Assembly (NCBI GenBank): GCA_020437905.1
Contig: JAGQVN010000139.1
Coordinates: forward strand, 1 to 60,487
Source: Flavobacteriales bacterium
Lineage (GTDB): Bacteria; Bacteroidota; Bacteroidia; Flavobacteriales_F; PHOS-HE28
Reading direction: 5' to 3'
DNA length: 60,487 nt
Shown here: piece by piece, positions 44,079 to 54,600 of the stretch
Layout: each line of letters starts with the position of its first letter
Numbering within the stretch: the first letter of the stretch is position 1
Translations under genes and position numbers: made by a program
The notes under the pieces: model-generated
Database searches by the model: none
Told to the model about the DNA's origin: nothing
Seen by the model: only the letters and a program-made list of their open reading frames with translations

Positions 44079-46139
44079 TCAGCGGATCAAGGTGCCGGAG
44101 GCTTTGCGCTGCCCATCGTTGCCCAGCACGTGCACCGTATAACTGCCATGTGCCAGTCGCTGGACCCGGATCTCGGCACGCCCCGAAGCGGTGATCTCAA
44201 ATGGAACAACGACCGATCGCCCAAGGCCGTCCAGCAGGAGGATGCGGTCGGTAAGTTGGATCGCTGGATGGCTGACGAATACCAGATCGACGGCAGGGTT
44301 CGGAAAGAGCTTCAAGGTTCCTACTTCAGACGCGCCCGTTCCATCCGTTCCCGTGAATGGAAAGATGTCCACTGGAACGCACCAGGTATCCTGGCCGCAA
44401 TCGTTGTAAGCGGTAATGCAGACCAGGTATTGTCCCATATCGGGGAAGTCGTGCGAAACACTATCACCGGTCAGGACCAATGCCGAGAATGTCCATGAGA
44501 TGCTATCCGCGAATAGGGAGGTACTTTGGAACCAGGCATGCAGGGATCCTGGTGGATCCTGGGCCCAGATGAAGCTGGCGATCGGCAGCTGATCGAGCGC
44601 GACCCATACACTGTCACGCTTGGTACAACAATCCACCGTCACATCCACCCAGTACACCCCGGTGTCCGCGACCGAAAGGGTCCGATCGGTGGAGCCATCG
44701 GACCAGAGGTAACTGGCACCGGGATTCCCTGCGTCCAGCAACACCGTGTCGCAGGAAAGCGTGTCCGGACCCAGATCGACCTGTAAGTTGCACGAACCCG
44801 GCAAGAGCACATTGTTCGCCGATGCCGCCGGTTGCATGGCGATGGTGTGCGGCGTGGAAAAGCTGGAATGTGGAAAGGTGTTCGTAGGCAGATCTTGGAC
44901 CACGACCTGGAAGTCTTCGGGTGGGGAACAAGCGATCGAACCATCGGCCGTGGTGCGCATCAGAAAGAGGTCCTCAGGCCCTCCGCCGTTAGCCGTGCGC
45001 GCGCACAAATAGATGGCATTGTCCACTGCACACACATGCTCTCCGGAAGCATACAAAAGGTCTATTTCCGACCCAGGAGCTCCATAGCTTCTTGACCAAA
45101 GCGGGTCACCATTCCGATCCACCTCGATCAGAAAAGGCTCTTCTGAGCCTGTATCCAAGGTGTAACCACTGATCACGTAACCGTTCGGGGTAACATCGAT
45201 CGAGGTCGCCACTTCGGAAACATGGCCTGGAACGTCATAGAGCTTCGCCCACGCCACATTTCCGAGGGTATCCAAGCGAAGCAGACCAGGTTGGTATACC
45301 GCCGAGGATCCGCTCACATTGCCAAAAAAACTGATGGTCAACGAATCATCCGATGCATGGATACCCGTCCCGTACATCCTCACGTTCTGTGCGTTCCCGT
45401 ATAGTAGATACGCTGTGCCCAGGTGGGTGCCGCTGGTATCGAACCGGCTCAAATGGACCCGGCAAGTGGACTGTGGTGAGCCGTTGGTGAAGATCCGACC
45501 GGTCGCATAGAAGGTGTTCCCGATCCGACTGACCGAAACCAGATCATCGATGTAAGGGACCGGGCCATAGAGGTTGACCTTCTCGCTCCATGTGATCAGA
45601 TCACCCGTATTGCCGTTGATACGTGCCGTGAACACATCTGGAAAGCTGTTGGCCCCCATATCGTAGACCGTCCCGAACAGCAACAGTTGTTCTGTAGAAA
45701 CCTCCGTGATCCATTTCGTTTGCATGATCCCGGACGGGTCGGAGAACGACCTGATCCAATGGAAGTTGCCATTCACATCCATGGAGAAAATGAACCCACT
45801 GCGGAACCATCCCGGACTTCCGGCATCGTATGCATTTCCACTTCCGATGATCGTGCCATCGCTGGTCTCCTCCATGTGCATCACCAGCTGGGTCTGTCCC
45901 GGAAGTACAGAGAAGCTGCGGCTCCAGAGGACCAGCCCAGTGGAATCCACACGCATTACAAACGCGCTGTCTGCCACCGCACCACCCACGAACAAGCCAC
46001 CGTTCTCGGCTTCCAGGACCACCTGGCCAAGCTCTGAACTGCTCACCGATCCATAGGACCGCTTCCAGCCCTGCGCCGAAATGACCATGGTCGAGGTGAA
46101 CGCGAGGACCACCCATGCCGAGCGAAGGACGTGCAACAT
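44079..46139 (-). CDS. secreted protein with PKD-like domain and T9SS C-terminal sorting domain
   Basis: An N-terminal signal is present. The C-terminus is ...LKLFPNPAVDLVFVSHP...GSYTVHVLG... It lies 3 nt upstream of the preceding cargo gene. Confidence 0.8.
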   Translation of the reverse strand: MLHVLRSAWVVLAFTSTMVISAQGWKRSYGSVSSSELGQVVLEAENGGLFVGGAVADSAFVMRVDSTGLVLWSRSFSVLPGQTQLVMHMEETSDGTIIGSGNAYDAGSPGWFRSGFIFSMDVNGNFHWIRSFSDPSGIMQTKWITEVSTEQLLLFGTVYDMGANSFPDVFTARINGNTGDLITWSEKVNLYGPVPYIDDLVSVSRIGNTFYATGRIFTNGSPQSTCRVHLSRFDTSGTHLGTAYLLYGNAQNVRMYGTGIHASDDSLTISFFGNVSGSSAVYQPGLLRLDTLGNVAWAKLYDVPGHVSEVATSIDVTPNGYVISGYTLDTGSEEPFLIEVDRNGDPLWSRSYGAPGSEIDLLYASGEHVCAVDNAIYLCARTANGGGPEDLFLMRTTADGSIACSPPEDFQVVVQDLPTNTFPHSSFSTPHTIAMQPAASANNVLLPGSCNLQVDLGPDTLSCDTVLLDAGNPGASYLWSDGSTDRTLSVADTGVYWVDVTVDCCTKRDSVWVALDQLPIASFIWAQDPPGSLHAWFQSTSLFADSISWTFSALVLTGDSVSHDFPDMGQYLVCITAYNDCGQDTWCVPVDIFPFTGTDGTGASEVGTLKLFPNPAVDLVFVSHPAIQLTDRILLLDGLGRSVVVPFEITASGRAEIRVQRLAHGSYTVHVLGNDGQRKASGTLIR

Positions 46140-46263
46140 GTACCGAAATTAAGCGGCCCGGTCACAAGCCGACAAGCGGAGAATGGAATGTATAGGCCGG
46201 CATGGTCGCTCGTTCTTCAACCATCCAGAAAACGCATGCGCCCTGTTCGAACCGGCCAGGCAC

Positions 46264-46536
46264 CTATGCCGGTTCCACCTCCCCTACCGCTTCCACGGCC
46301 TTGATCCGTGGCAACACGCGGCGGATGGCCTCCTCGACCCCCGCCTTCAGGGTCATAGGGCTCATGGAGCAATCGCGACAGGCCCCGTGCAGGCGCACCT
46401 TGGCGATACCATCCGGTGTGATCCGTTCCAAGGAGATATCCCCGCCATCCGCGTGAAAGAAGGGCTGCATTTCCGCAAGCACCTCACGCACGCGCTTTTC
46501 GGCTCGTGCTATTTCCTCTCGTGTCAGACGGGCCAT
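46264..46536 (-). CDS. NifU-like (C-terminal domain) Fe-S cluster protein
   Basis: 90-aa protein with ...FFHADGGDISLERI...VRLHGACRDCSMSPMTLK..., the CxxC NifU motif. Confidence 0.85.
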   Translation of the reverse strand: MARLTREEIARAEKRVREVLAEMQPFFHADGGDISLERITPDGIAKVRLHGACRDCSMSPMTLKAGVEEAIRRVLPRIKAVEAVGEVEPA

Positions 46537-47621
46537 GGGTCCTTGATCGTTCCGACCAATTCGGTCATGCGGTCACACAGGTCAGTGAAGGCCTTGGACG
46601 CAGCAGTCCCTTCCTGCAATACGGCGGGGCGGCCCACATCACCAGCCTCCCGGATGCTCTGTACCAGCGGTACCTCTCCCAGGAAGGGCACGTTCAATTC
46701 CTCAGCGAGCGCCTTTGCACCTCCTTGACCGAAAATGTAGTACTTGTTCTCCGGCAGCTCCTCCGGGGTGAACCAAGCCATGTTCTCCACCATGCCCAGT
46801 ACCGGAACATTGACGCTGGGAAGACGGAACAACCCGACCCCTTTGCGGGCGTCGGCCAAGGCGACGGGTTGGGGAGTGCTCACAATGATGGCCCCGGTAA
46901 GCGGTACGGCCTGCACCAAGCTCAGATGGATGTCGCCGGTCCCGGGCGGAAGGTCCACGAGCAGCACGTCCAATGCACCCCAGTCCGCATCCTTGAACAT
47001 CTGCTCCAAGGCCTTACTGGCCATGGGTCCGCGCCAGGCGATGGCCTGGTCCGGGGCCGCAAAAAAACCGATGCTCAGGAGGTCCACACCGTAGTTGCGC
47101 ACCGGAACGATCCAGTTCTTCCCATCGCGCTCCTTGGTGCGCGGCTTGTCCTGCACCACATCGAACATCAACGGCATGCTGGGTCCATGGATGTCCGCAT
47201 CCACCAATCCCACTTTCAGGCCGCGTGCAGCAAGCCCGGCAGCAAGATTCGCCGTGATGGTGCTCTTGCCCACCCCCCCCTTTCCGCTTGCCACGGCAAT
47301 GATGTGCTTCACCTCGGGAAGCAGCTTGCGCAGGTTGCCGCGCTCACCACTGAGCGGGGCGACCAGGACGGAGACCCCAAGGTCCTTGCCAAAAGCCTGT
47401 CGCATCTGGAACGTGACCGCTTCTTCCATGCGCTTTCGGCTATGGAGCGCAGGATTGCTCACCTCGACCTGCACGGTGATCGATCCCTCCTTGATCTCGA
47501 CCTGTCGGACCAGATCCAAGGACACGATATCCTTTTTCAGGTCAGGCTCGGTGATGCGACCGAGCACCTCGATGATCTGTTGCTTGGTTGGGAGCATACG
47601 GACTGGAGCCCAAGGGCCCAT
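46524..47621 (-). CDS. mrp: Mrp/ApbC/NBP35-family Fe-S cluster carrier ATPase with N-terminal DUF59-like domain
   Basis: Deviant Walker A VASGKGGVGKST is present. ...DLPPGTGD... and CxxC-less Mrp features fit the family. Confidence 0.9.
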   Translation of the reverse strand: MGPWAPVRMLPTKQQIIEVLGRITEPDLKKDIVSLDLVRQVEIKEGSITVQVEVSNPALHSRKRMEEAVTFQMRQAFGKDLGVSVLVAPLSGERGNLRKLLPEVKHIIAVASGKGGVGKSTITANLAAGLAARGLKVGLVDADIHGPSMPLMFDVVQDKPRTKERDGKNWIVPVRNYGVDLLSIGFFAAPDQAIAWRGPMASKALEQMFKDADWGALDVLLVDLPPGTGDIHLSLVQAVPLTGAIIVSTPQPVALADARKGVGLFRLPSVNVPVLGMVENMAWFTPEELPENKYYIFGQGGAKALAEELNVPFLGEVPLVQSIREAGDVGRPAVLQEGTAASKAFTDLCDRMTELVGTIKDPWPV

Positions 47622-47624
47622 TAT

Positions 47625-48059
47625 TCAACCCACTACCCGCATCGTTCGTTCGCGCAGAAGCCAGGTTTCGGCATCCTGCAACGTGTCGAAGAAGGCGATC
47701 TCATAGGGCACATCGGGAGGTGCTTCGGCGACCATCCGCTGGGCAGCCATCTGATGGATGAAATCAGTGCTGTTCACGACCGCGACCCGGCGCAGGCCGG
47801 TACGTATCAGGCGCGGGCTGAAGACCTCGTTGGTCCATTGGGTCTCTTCGTGCAGAATGGCCCCCATCTGCCGCGAGTCACTGAGCCAGTAGTGCAGTCC
47901 GTTCAACGTGATGGTATCCAGCACTTGAAGGAGCACCTCCCGGTATACTGCGCCCGGCACCATGCCTTTCCATGTCAAACGCACAAGGCGCTGGTCCTGG
48001 TCCACGACCAATGAACACACAGCGTCATCGCGCAATATCCCGTTCTGAGCAACGATCAT
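47625..48059 (-). CDS. hypothetical protein
   Basis: The start at 48059 (MIVAQNG...) was chosen to avoid overlapping the upstream gene. I recognise no motif, and a STAS-like fold is only a guess. Confidence 0.5.
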   Translation of the reverse strand: MIVAQNGILRDDAVCSLVVDQDQRLVRLTWKGMVPGAVYREVLLQVLDTITLNGLHYWLSDSRQMGAILHEETQWTNEVFSPRLIRTGLRRVAVVNSTDFIHQMAAQRMVAEAPPDVPYEIAFFDTLQDAETWLLRERTMRVVG

Positions 48060-48106
48060 CCGCACAAAATTAGTGGCTCTGCGAGCGTTGACAAGGCTGA
48101 ATGAAA

Positions 48107-48478
48107 CTATTCCTGGAAGTCCAACTCGACCATGGGGTCCCACAGAAGCTCATGGAACCGCTCGACCTGGTCCTTCACGACATGCACACCTTCAGCCTCC
48201 AACAACTTCTGCATGGGAGCGTTGTCGGGGAAATGATGCTTGCCGGTCAGTACACCATTCCTGTTGACCACCCGGTGGGCAGGGACCGGTGGCCGCACCG
48301 CGTGGCTGCTGTTCATGCAATAGCCGATGATGCGCGCACTTCGCGCCGCGCCGAGGTACCGGGCAATGGCGCCATACGTGGTCACCCGGCCCTTCGGCAC
48401 CAAGCGGACCACATCCATTACATCCTGAAAGAAATCGCGTTCCTGAACAGCGCCCTCACGTACCTGTTTGCGAGCCAT
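48107..48478 (-). CDS. MGMT-family DNA-binding protein lacking the acceptor cysteine (alkyltransferase-like, ATL)
   Basis: ...VPKGRVTTYGAIARYLG... and VPAHRVV stand in place of the canonical PCHRV active site. Confidence 0.8.
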   Translation of the reverse strand: MARKQVREGAVQERDFFQDVMDVVRLVPKGRVTTYGAIARYLGAARSARIIGYCMNSSHAVRPPVPAHRVVNRNGVLTGKHHFPDNAPMQKLLEAEGVHVVKDQVERFHELLWDPMVELDFQE

Positions 48479-48480
48479 GC

Positions 48481-49161
48481 TCAACGAAGCTCGAACTGGA
48501 CAAAGTGGATCTTCCTGCCCTCCTGCAGCCACATGGACTCGTAAAAGGTTCGGATGTTCAACATGTCCCGTATCTGTTCAGGGACCCGTGGCACGAGCTC
48601 GGCATATACATCCCTGCTATGTTCCAATAGGAGCAGGCCGTGGCGCTCCACCTGCTCCATGGTAAATTCGTAAAGGACCGGGCTATCGGTCTTCAGATGG
48701 ATCGATCCACCGGGGCGAAGGATGGCCATGTACCTCTCCAGGAAGAGGTCGCTGGTCAGGCGTTTGCGTGCCTTTCGAAGCTGCGGATCGCTGAAGGTGA
48801 GCCATATGGCGTCCACTTCGTCCTTCGAAAAACATGATGTGATATGGTCCACATGCGTACGCAGGAAGGCGACGTTCGTCAGGCCTTGCTCCATGGCGGT
48901 TCGCGCCCCTCGCCAGATGCGCGCGCCCTTGATGTCCACTCCGATGTAATTCCGTGAGGGGTCCAGCCGGGCCAGACCGGTGGTGTATTCCCCTTTGCCG
49001 CAACCGAGCTCCAGCACGATGGGAGCGTCGCGTTCGAAGTGGATCTCCTTCCAGCGACCCTTCAAGGGGAACCTATCTTCCCGGAGCTCCTGATAACCCG
49101 GCTGAACCACATGATCGAAGGTGGCGTTCTGCGTGAAGCGGAATTGTTTGTTCTTGCCCAT
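48481..49161 (-). CDS. trmB: tRNA (guanine46-N7)-methyltransferase
   Basis: The start at 49161 gives MGKNKQFRF. ...PIVLELGCGKGEYT... and ...IWLTFSDP... motifs are present. Confidence 0.9.
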   Translation of the reverse strand: MGKNKQFRFTQNATFDHVVQPGYQELREDRFPLKGRWKEIHFERDAPIVLELGCGKGEYTTGLARLDPSRNYIGVDIKGARIWRGARTAMEQGLTNVAFLRTHVDHITSCFSKDEVDAIWLTFSDPQLRKARKRLTSDLFLERYMAILRPGGSIHLKTDSPVLYEFTMEQVERHGLLLLEHSRDVYAELVPRVPEQIRDMLNIRTFYESMWLQEGRKIHFVQFELR

Positions 49162-49229
49162 GCTCGCAGCAGGAAAAGGCCCGCGAAAATAGGGCCGCAG
49201 CAGCGAGGACCACTGCTCCGTGCAGACCT

Positions 49230-50309
49230 TTGGTCCGCGTGCTGAAGGGGAAACGCATACTGGTCGCACCGTTGGATTGGGGCTTGGGCCATGCCGCGCG
49301 GTGTGTTCCGATCATCCGAGCGCTGAACGAACGAGAAGCAACTGTGGTGCTCGCTGCGGATGGTGGTCCGAGCGCATTGTTGCGCGGCGAGTTCCCCGAA
49401 CTGGAGCATCACCGGCTCCCTGGTCACCACGTGAGCTATGCATCAGGTGGGCTCATGATGTGGCATATGGCGCTGCAGTTCCCCGGTTTTCTCCGATCGA
49501 TCCGGCGAGAGGGCAGCATCCTGCGGGAGATGATCCCGCGGCTAAGGCTCGACGCCGTGATCAGCGATCAGCGCCTTGGCTTAAGCACCGAACAGATACC
49601 CACCGTGCTCATCACGCATCAGCTTTTCCCTGTTGCACCCTTTGCCCAGGGGCTCCTGCGATGGATGCATCGTCGCTATACCGATCGTTTCTCCCGTTGT
49701 TGGGTGCCGGATGGTCCTGACGCGCCAGGACTGGCAGGTGAGCTGTCCCATGGTGGTATCATCGCCGATCATGTCCGGTTCATCGGTATCCAGAGCAGGT
49801 TCAAGCCATGCACGGACAATGGGCCGGATCCCAACTACGATGTGGTGGCCGTGATCAGCGGCCCGGAGCCACATCGTACGTTGTTCGAACGGTCGATCTT
49901 CGAACAACTGGAAGCCATTTCCGGACGCCATCTCATCATCCTGGGTCAGCCGGGATCCGGAAAACCTGTAAGAACCGATCGGATCACCATGTGCGGGCAT
50001 CTTCCGACGGAGGCCCTGCGATCCGCCATATGCAGTGCGCGGCTCGTGGTATGCCGTAGTGGCTACAGTTCGCTCATGGACCTCGCTCGTTCGGGCCGAC
50101 GGGCCCTGCTTGTCCCGACCCCGGGCCAGCCCGAGCAGGAATACCTGGCCGGACTATGCGCCGAACAGGGATCGCATCTGGTACAGCCGCAGCGCGAGCT
50201 GAACATCGGCCAAGTCCTGTCGGAATGGACGACCAGAGCTGAAGTTCGATCCGGGCACGCCCGGTTGCTCGGCGACGCACTGGATGAACTTGGCATGATG
50301 CTGGCGTAG
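49230..50309 (+). CDS. glycosyltransferase (MurG/GT28-like fold, uncharacterised subfamily)
   Basis: TTG start. The N-terminus RILVAPLDWGLGHAARCVPIIRAL and the C-terminal ...VVCRSGYSSLMDL... resemble GT-B glycosyltransferases. Confidence 0.7.
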   Translation: MVRVLKGKRILVAPLDWGLGHAARCVPIIRALNEREATVVLAADGGPSALLRGEFPELEHHRLPGHHVSYASGGLMMWHMALQFPGFLRSIRREGSILREMIPRLRLDAVISDQRLGLSTEQIPTVLITHQLFPVAPFAQGLLRWMHRRYTDRFSRCWVPDGPDAPGLAGELSHGGIIADHVRFIGIQSRFKPCTDNGPDPNYDVVAVISGPEPHRTLFERSIFEQLEAISGRHLIILGQPGSGKPVRTDRITMCGHLPTEALRSAICSARLVVCRSGYSSLMDLARSGRRALLVPTPGQPEQEYLAGLCAEQGSHLVQPQRELNIGQVLSEWTTRAEVRSGHARLLGDALDELGMMLA

Positions 50310-50335
50310 CAGGCTATCTCTACTTTTGAAGAACG

Positions 50336-51577
50336 ATGGAACACGTTGCGAAGGCCCTGCTGGTCGCACTTCTTTTCCCGGCTGTTCAGGCCATTGGTCA
50401 GGACCGACTGGACAAGCGTTCGGACTCGCTCGCGGCAGCACTGGAGCGTGTGGATGCCGATCGCATGGCCCTGCTTTCCCACTTGGAGAACACCAAATTG
50501 GCGATCCTGCGACGCGACCTTTATGCGATGGGCCTTCCGGCCATGGGACAGGGAGAAAAGCGGATCGATCACCCCGGCCATAGCCTGGTCTATGATCCTT
50601 CGCATCATGTTCCGCGCTGGACCGCTCACATCGTTACACCCGATATCGTCACCGGGAACCTGGCGCGGATAGACACCTTCAAGGCGGACCCCAAAGCGAC
50701 CGGCAGTATCGACCTGTTCAAGGAATATTGGTATAGCGGCTACGACCGTGGCCACATGGTGCCCAGTGCCGACATGCGGTGGAGCCAACAAGCTTTGGAG
50801 GCCACGTATTATTACAGCAACATTGCTCCACAGGCCGCCGACCTGAACCGTGGGGTGTGGGCGGAGCTGGAGGATTGGGTACGTCGATCGGTGCGCTATG
50901 GTAATGAACGGGTCTTTGTGGTCACCGGACCCGTCTTGAGCGAGGGCATGGATCGGCTCAGCACCCCGGACGCCCAAGCCACGGTTCGGATCCCTCGTCG
51001 CTACTTCAAGGCGATCGCCGATCTGGATGGTCCGGAGAAGAAGGGCATCGCGTTCCTGCTCGAGAACGGGCCGAACACGGAGGCGCCCATGAGCTATGCG
51101 GTGACCATCGACTCGATCGAAGCACTGACCGGGCTGGACCTGTTCCATTCCGTTCCCGACGACATTGAAGGCGCCATAGAGGCACAGAACGACCCAAAGC
51201 CGTGGTACCACGAGGGCGATCCGTTCTTCGGCGAAGTACCCCCGATCAAGCCCCCGCTTCCCAAGGGCATGTTCAATACGGCTCAGGCCAAATTCCACAT
51301 AGGCAATGAAGTGACCATCTGCGGGACGGTGGTATCCACGCGCCGTACCGTAAAGGCGAACGCCATCTATCTGAACATGGATCGGCTGCATCCTCACCAG
51401 GATTTCTATGCAACGGTGTGGGACTACAATGGGCCCAACTTCAGCTATGATCCGGAGACCTATCTGCTGAATAGGAAGGTCTGTGTGTCCGGCAAGGTGA
51501 CCACATGGCAGGATGTGGCGCGGATCAGCGTGAACAACGAGAAGGAGATCCAGTTCTGGGAGGAGATCCAGCGTTAG
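50336..51577 (+). CDS. secreted DNA/RNA non-specific endonuclease with C-terminal OB-fold-like domain
   Basis: Signal peptide MEHVAKALLVALLFPAVQAIGQ is present. The beta-beta-alpha-Me active-site context is DRGHMVPSADM ... SNIAPQ ... N. Confidence 0.85.
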   Translation: MEHVAKALLVALLFPAVQAIGQDRLDKRSDSLAAALERVDADRMALLSHLENTKLAILRRDLYAMGLPAMGQGEKRIDHPGHSLVYDPSHHVPRWTAHIVTPDIVTGNLARIDTFKADPKATGSIDLFKEYWYSGYDRGHMVPSADMRWSQQALEATYYYSNIAPQAADLNRGVWAELEDWVRRSVRYGNERVFVVTGPVLSEGMDRLSTPDAQATVRIPRRYFKAIADLDGPEKKGIAFLLENGPNTEAPMSYAVTIDSIEALTGLDLFHSVPDDIEGAIEAQNDPKPWYHEGDPFFGEVPPIKPPLPKGMFNTAQAKFHIGNEVTICGTVVSTRRTVKANAIYLNMDRLHPHQDFYATVWDYNGPNFSYDPETYLLNRKVCVSGKVTTWQDVARISVNNEKEIQFWEEIQR

Positions 51578-51672
51578 ACCCCGACCGTCAGCCCTTGTAC
51601 CGGTCTCCATACAGTCGTACTTTGCCCATGTCCGGGGTGCGTATGCGCCTTGGGAACTATAACAGGACCGCC

Positions 51673-54600
51673 ATGTTGCGCACTTCCATTCCCTTGAGCT
51701 TCGTCTGCTTGCTCCTGTCCTGCTCGGACACACCCGAGGAGGTTCCCACCGGCTCCCACGCTACGCCGCAGCAAGCACTGGAAGGCTTGTTCCTGGCCCG
51801 CCCATCGGAGGATACGGGCATTGACTTCCTAAACTCCGTTCCGGAGAACAACGAACAGAACTACTATATCTACGAGTATTTCTATAATGGAGGGGGCGTG
51901 GCCATTGGTGATGTGAACAACGATGGACTACCTGACATCTACTTCACCAGCAACCTGACGCGCGACAAGCTTTATCTGAACAAGGGTGGATTGCGGTTCG
52001 AGGACGTCACCGAGAATGCGCTCCCAAAGGAGGAGAAACATGGATGGCATTCCGGCGCATCGATGGCCGATGTGAACGGCGACGGCTGGCTGGATATATA
52101 TGTGTGCCGGGCCGGCTGGTATCCGGAACCAGCGATGCGGACCAACCTGCTGTACATCAATGAACAGGATGGCACGTTCAAGGAGGTCGCTGAAGCCTGG
52201 GGAGTGGCCGACACTACGCGTAGCACACAGGGCATTTTCTTCGACCAGGACAGGGACGGTGACCTGGACCTGTACGTCATCAATGCTCCGTTACAAAGCG
52301 GTTCGAAGCTCTTCAACGACGATATCGCACGATTGATCGTCCAACGGAAGAGCCCCAGCGACCGCCTCTACCGGAACGAAGGGGGCAAATTCAAGGACAT
52401 CACAGCGGAAAGCGGTCTTTGGAACATGGGCTACGCACTCGGAGTATGTGTCAGCGATTTAGACGGGAATGGGATCCAGGACATATACGTGGCCAATGAT
52501 TACATGGAGCGGGATTTCATGTACATGGGTCAACCGAACGGCAAGTATGCCGAGGAGGTGAGGCAGCGGACCGGTCACATCACGAACAATGGCATGGGAT
52601 GCGATATCGCAGACTACAACAACGATGGATTGCCGGACATCGTCGTGCTGGATATGGTGAGCGAGGACCATGTGCGTTCGAAAATGAACATGGGGGCCAT
52701 GAGCACCGAAGAGTTCTGGAATTCGGTGCAATTCGGCTACCATTTCCAATACATGTTCAACACGCTGCAACTGAACAATGGGAACGGTACGTTCAGCGAA
52801 GTGGGACAACTGGCAGGCATTTCGAAGACGGATTGGAGCTGGGCTCCGCTGTTGGCCGATCTGGACAACGATGGTTGGAAGGACCTGCTGGTGACCAATG
52901 GCTTCAAACGGGATACACGGGACAATGACTATACCATTGCCGCAGAGAAGATCGCCAAGGAACAACAGAAAGTGACCTATGAGGATATGCTGAGCCTCAT
53001 CCCTGCCACCAAGATCAGGAACTACCTGTTCCGGAACAACGGGGACCTGACATTCTCCAATGTATCGGAGGAATGGGGGTTCACTTCGGCTGTCAACTCG
53101 AACGGGGCAGCATATGCCGACCTGGATGCGGATGGTGACCTCGATCTGGTGATCAACAACATGGAAGCACCGAGCCAGGTGTATGAGAATCGCTCAGAAC
53201 GGAGCGGGAACCATTGGTTGCGGGTGCGGCCCGAAGGAGCAGGTGGGGCCTTGGCCATGGGTTGTCAGGTGACGCTGACCACCAGCGCCGGCATTCAATT
53301 CCAGGAACTGCAACCCTGCCGGGGGTTCCAGAGCAGTGTGGAACCCATCCTCCACTTCGGACTGGGGCCGGAGACCCGTGTACAAGAACTGGTCATGACA
53401 TGGCCGGACGGAACGGAGAGCCTGTTGAACGACATTCCTGTTGACCAGGTGGTGACCATCGAGCGATCAAGTGCCAAGCCTGCCAGAAAGAAAAAGGTCG
53501 TTCAACCCATGTTTGTGGAGGACCGTACATCGGCACCCGCGTTCAAACACGTGGAGAACGGCTGGGACGATTTCGCCATCCAGGTCCTTATCCCGCATAA
53601 ACGATCCGAGGATGGACCGCTGCTGTGTGTGGCCGACGTGAACTCGGATGGCCACGACGACGTATTCGTCGGCGGGGCCCGGCAACAAAGCGGAGAGTTG
53701 TTCCTGGGCAACGCGTCCGGGAGTTTCACCCGATCCGCTTCGCGACCGTGGGCGGATCATGCCGATCGTGAGGATATGGGCGGCCAGTTCTTCGACGCGG
53801 ATGGTGACGGGGACATGGACCTGCTGGTGATGAGCGGCAGCAACGAAACGAACCAGTATGAACACCATTTCCAACCGCGCTTGTACCTCAACGATGGAAA
53901 GGGTCGATTCGCATTTCGCTCGGATGCTTTCCCCCTCCTGATGACCAGCGCGATGCGGTGTGCTGTTGGCGACGTGGATGGCGATGGCGACGAGGACCTC
54001 TTCGTGGGAGGGCGTGTGATCCCTGGACAATATCCAAGGTCACCGAGAAGCTACCTGCTTGTGAACGATGGTACCGGCCAGTTCTCGGATGTGACCATGG
54101 AACGTGCTGCACATCTGGCAGAGCCCGGCATGGTCACCGATGCCTTGTTCATGGACCATGACGCGGACGGGGACCTGGACCTGGTGACCATGGGCGAATG
54201 GATGCCCATTGCCCTGCATCGCAACGATGGCGGGTCCTTTCGACCCTGGTCCGAAAGGACCGGTCTCGAAGGCAGTGAAGGATGGTGGGAAAGGATGGTG
54301 CCGAGCGACCTGGACAAGGACGGCGACATGGACCTGGTCTGTGGGAACCTAGGCTGGAACAGCAAGTTCCATGGGACCGCCGATCATCCCTTGCATGTTT
54401 ACTTCAACGATTTTGATGATAATGGCAAGCCTGATGTGGTTCTGGCAAAGGAGCAGGGCGATGTGCTGTACCCGGTACGCGGAAGGGAGTGTTCATCCCA
54501 GCAGTGTCCGGACATCCTCGAGAAGTTTCCGAGCTACAAGGCATTCGCACATGCCAGCGTGGAGCAGATCTACTCGCCGGAGAAGATCGCTTCTTCCATC

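Noticed and set aside
46240-46262. GGTTCGAAC (T-loop-like) sequence on the minus strand, checked as a possible tRNA
   Set aside because: The flanks do not form a T-stem, acceptor stem or anticodon arm. It lies in the short nifU-like 3' region and may only contribute to a weak hairpin.
46506-48014. 502-aa plus-strand ORF
   Set aside because: It is antisense to nifU-like, mrp (Walker A, clear family) and the hypothetical gene. I treat it as a shadow ORF.
50063-51733. 556-aa minus-strand ORF
   Set aside because: It is antisense to the endonuclease gene, which has a signal peptide and the DRGH active site, and to the start of the CRTAC1-like gene. The composition is typical of a high-GC shadow ORF.
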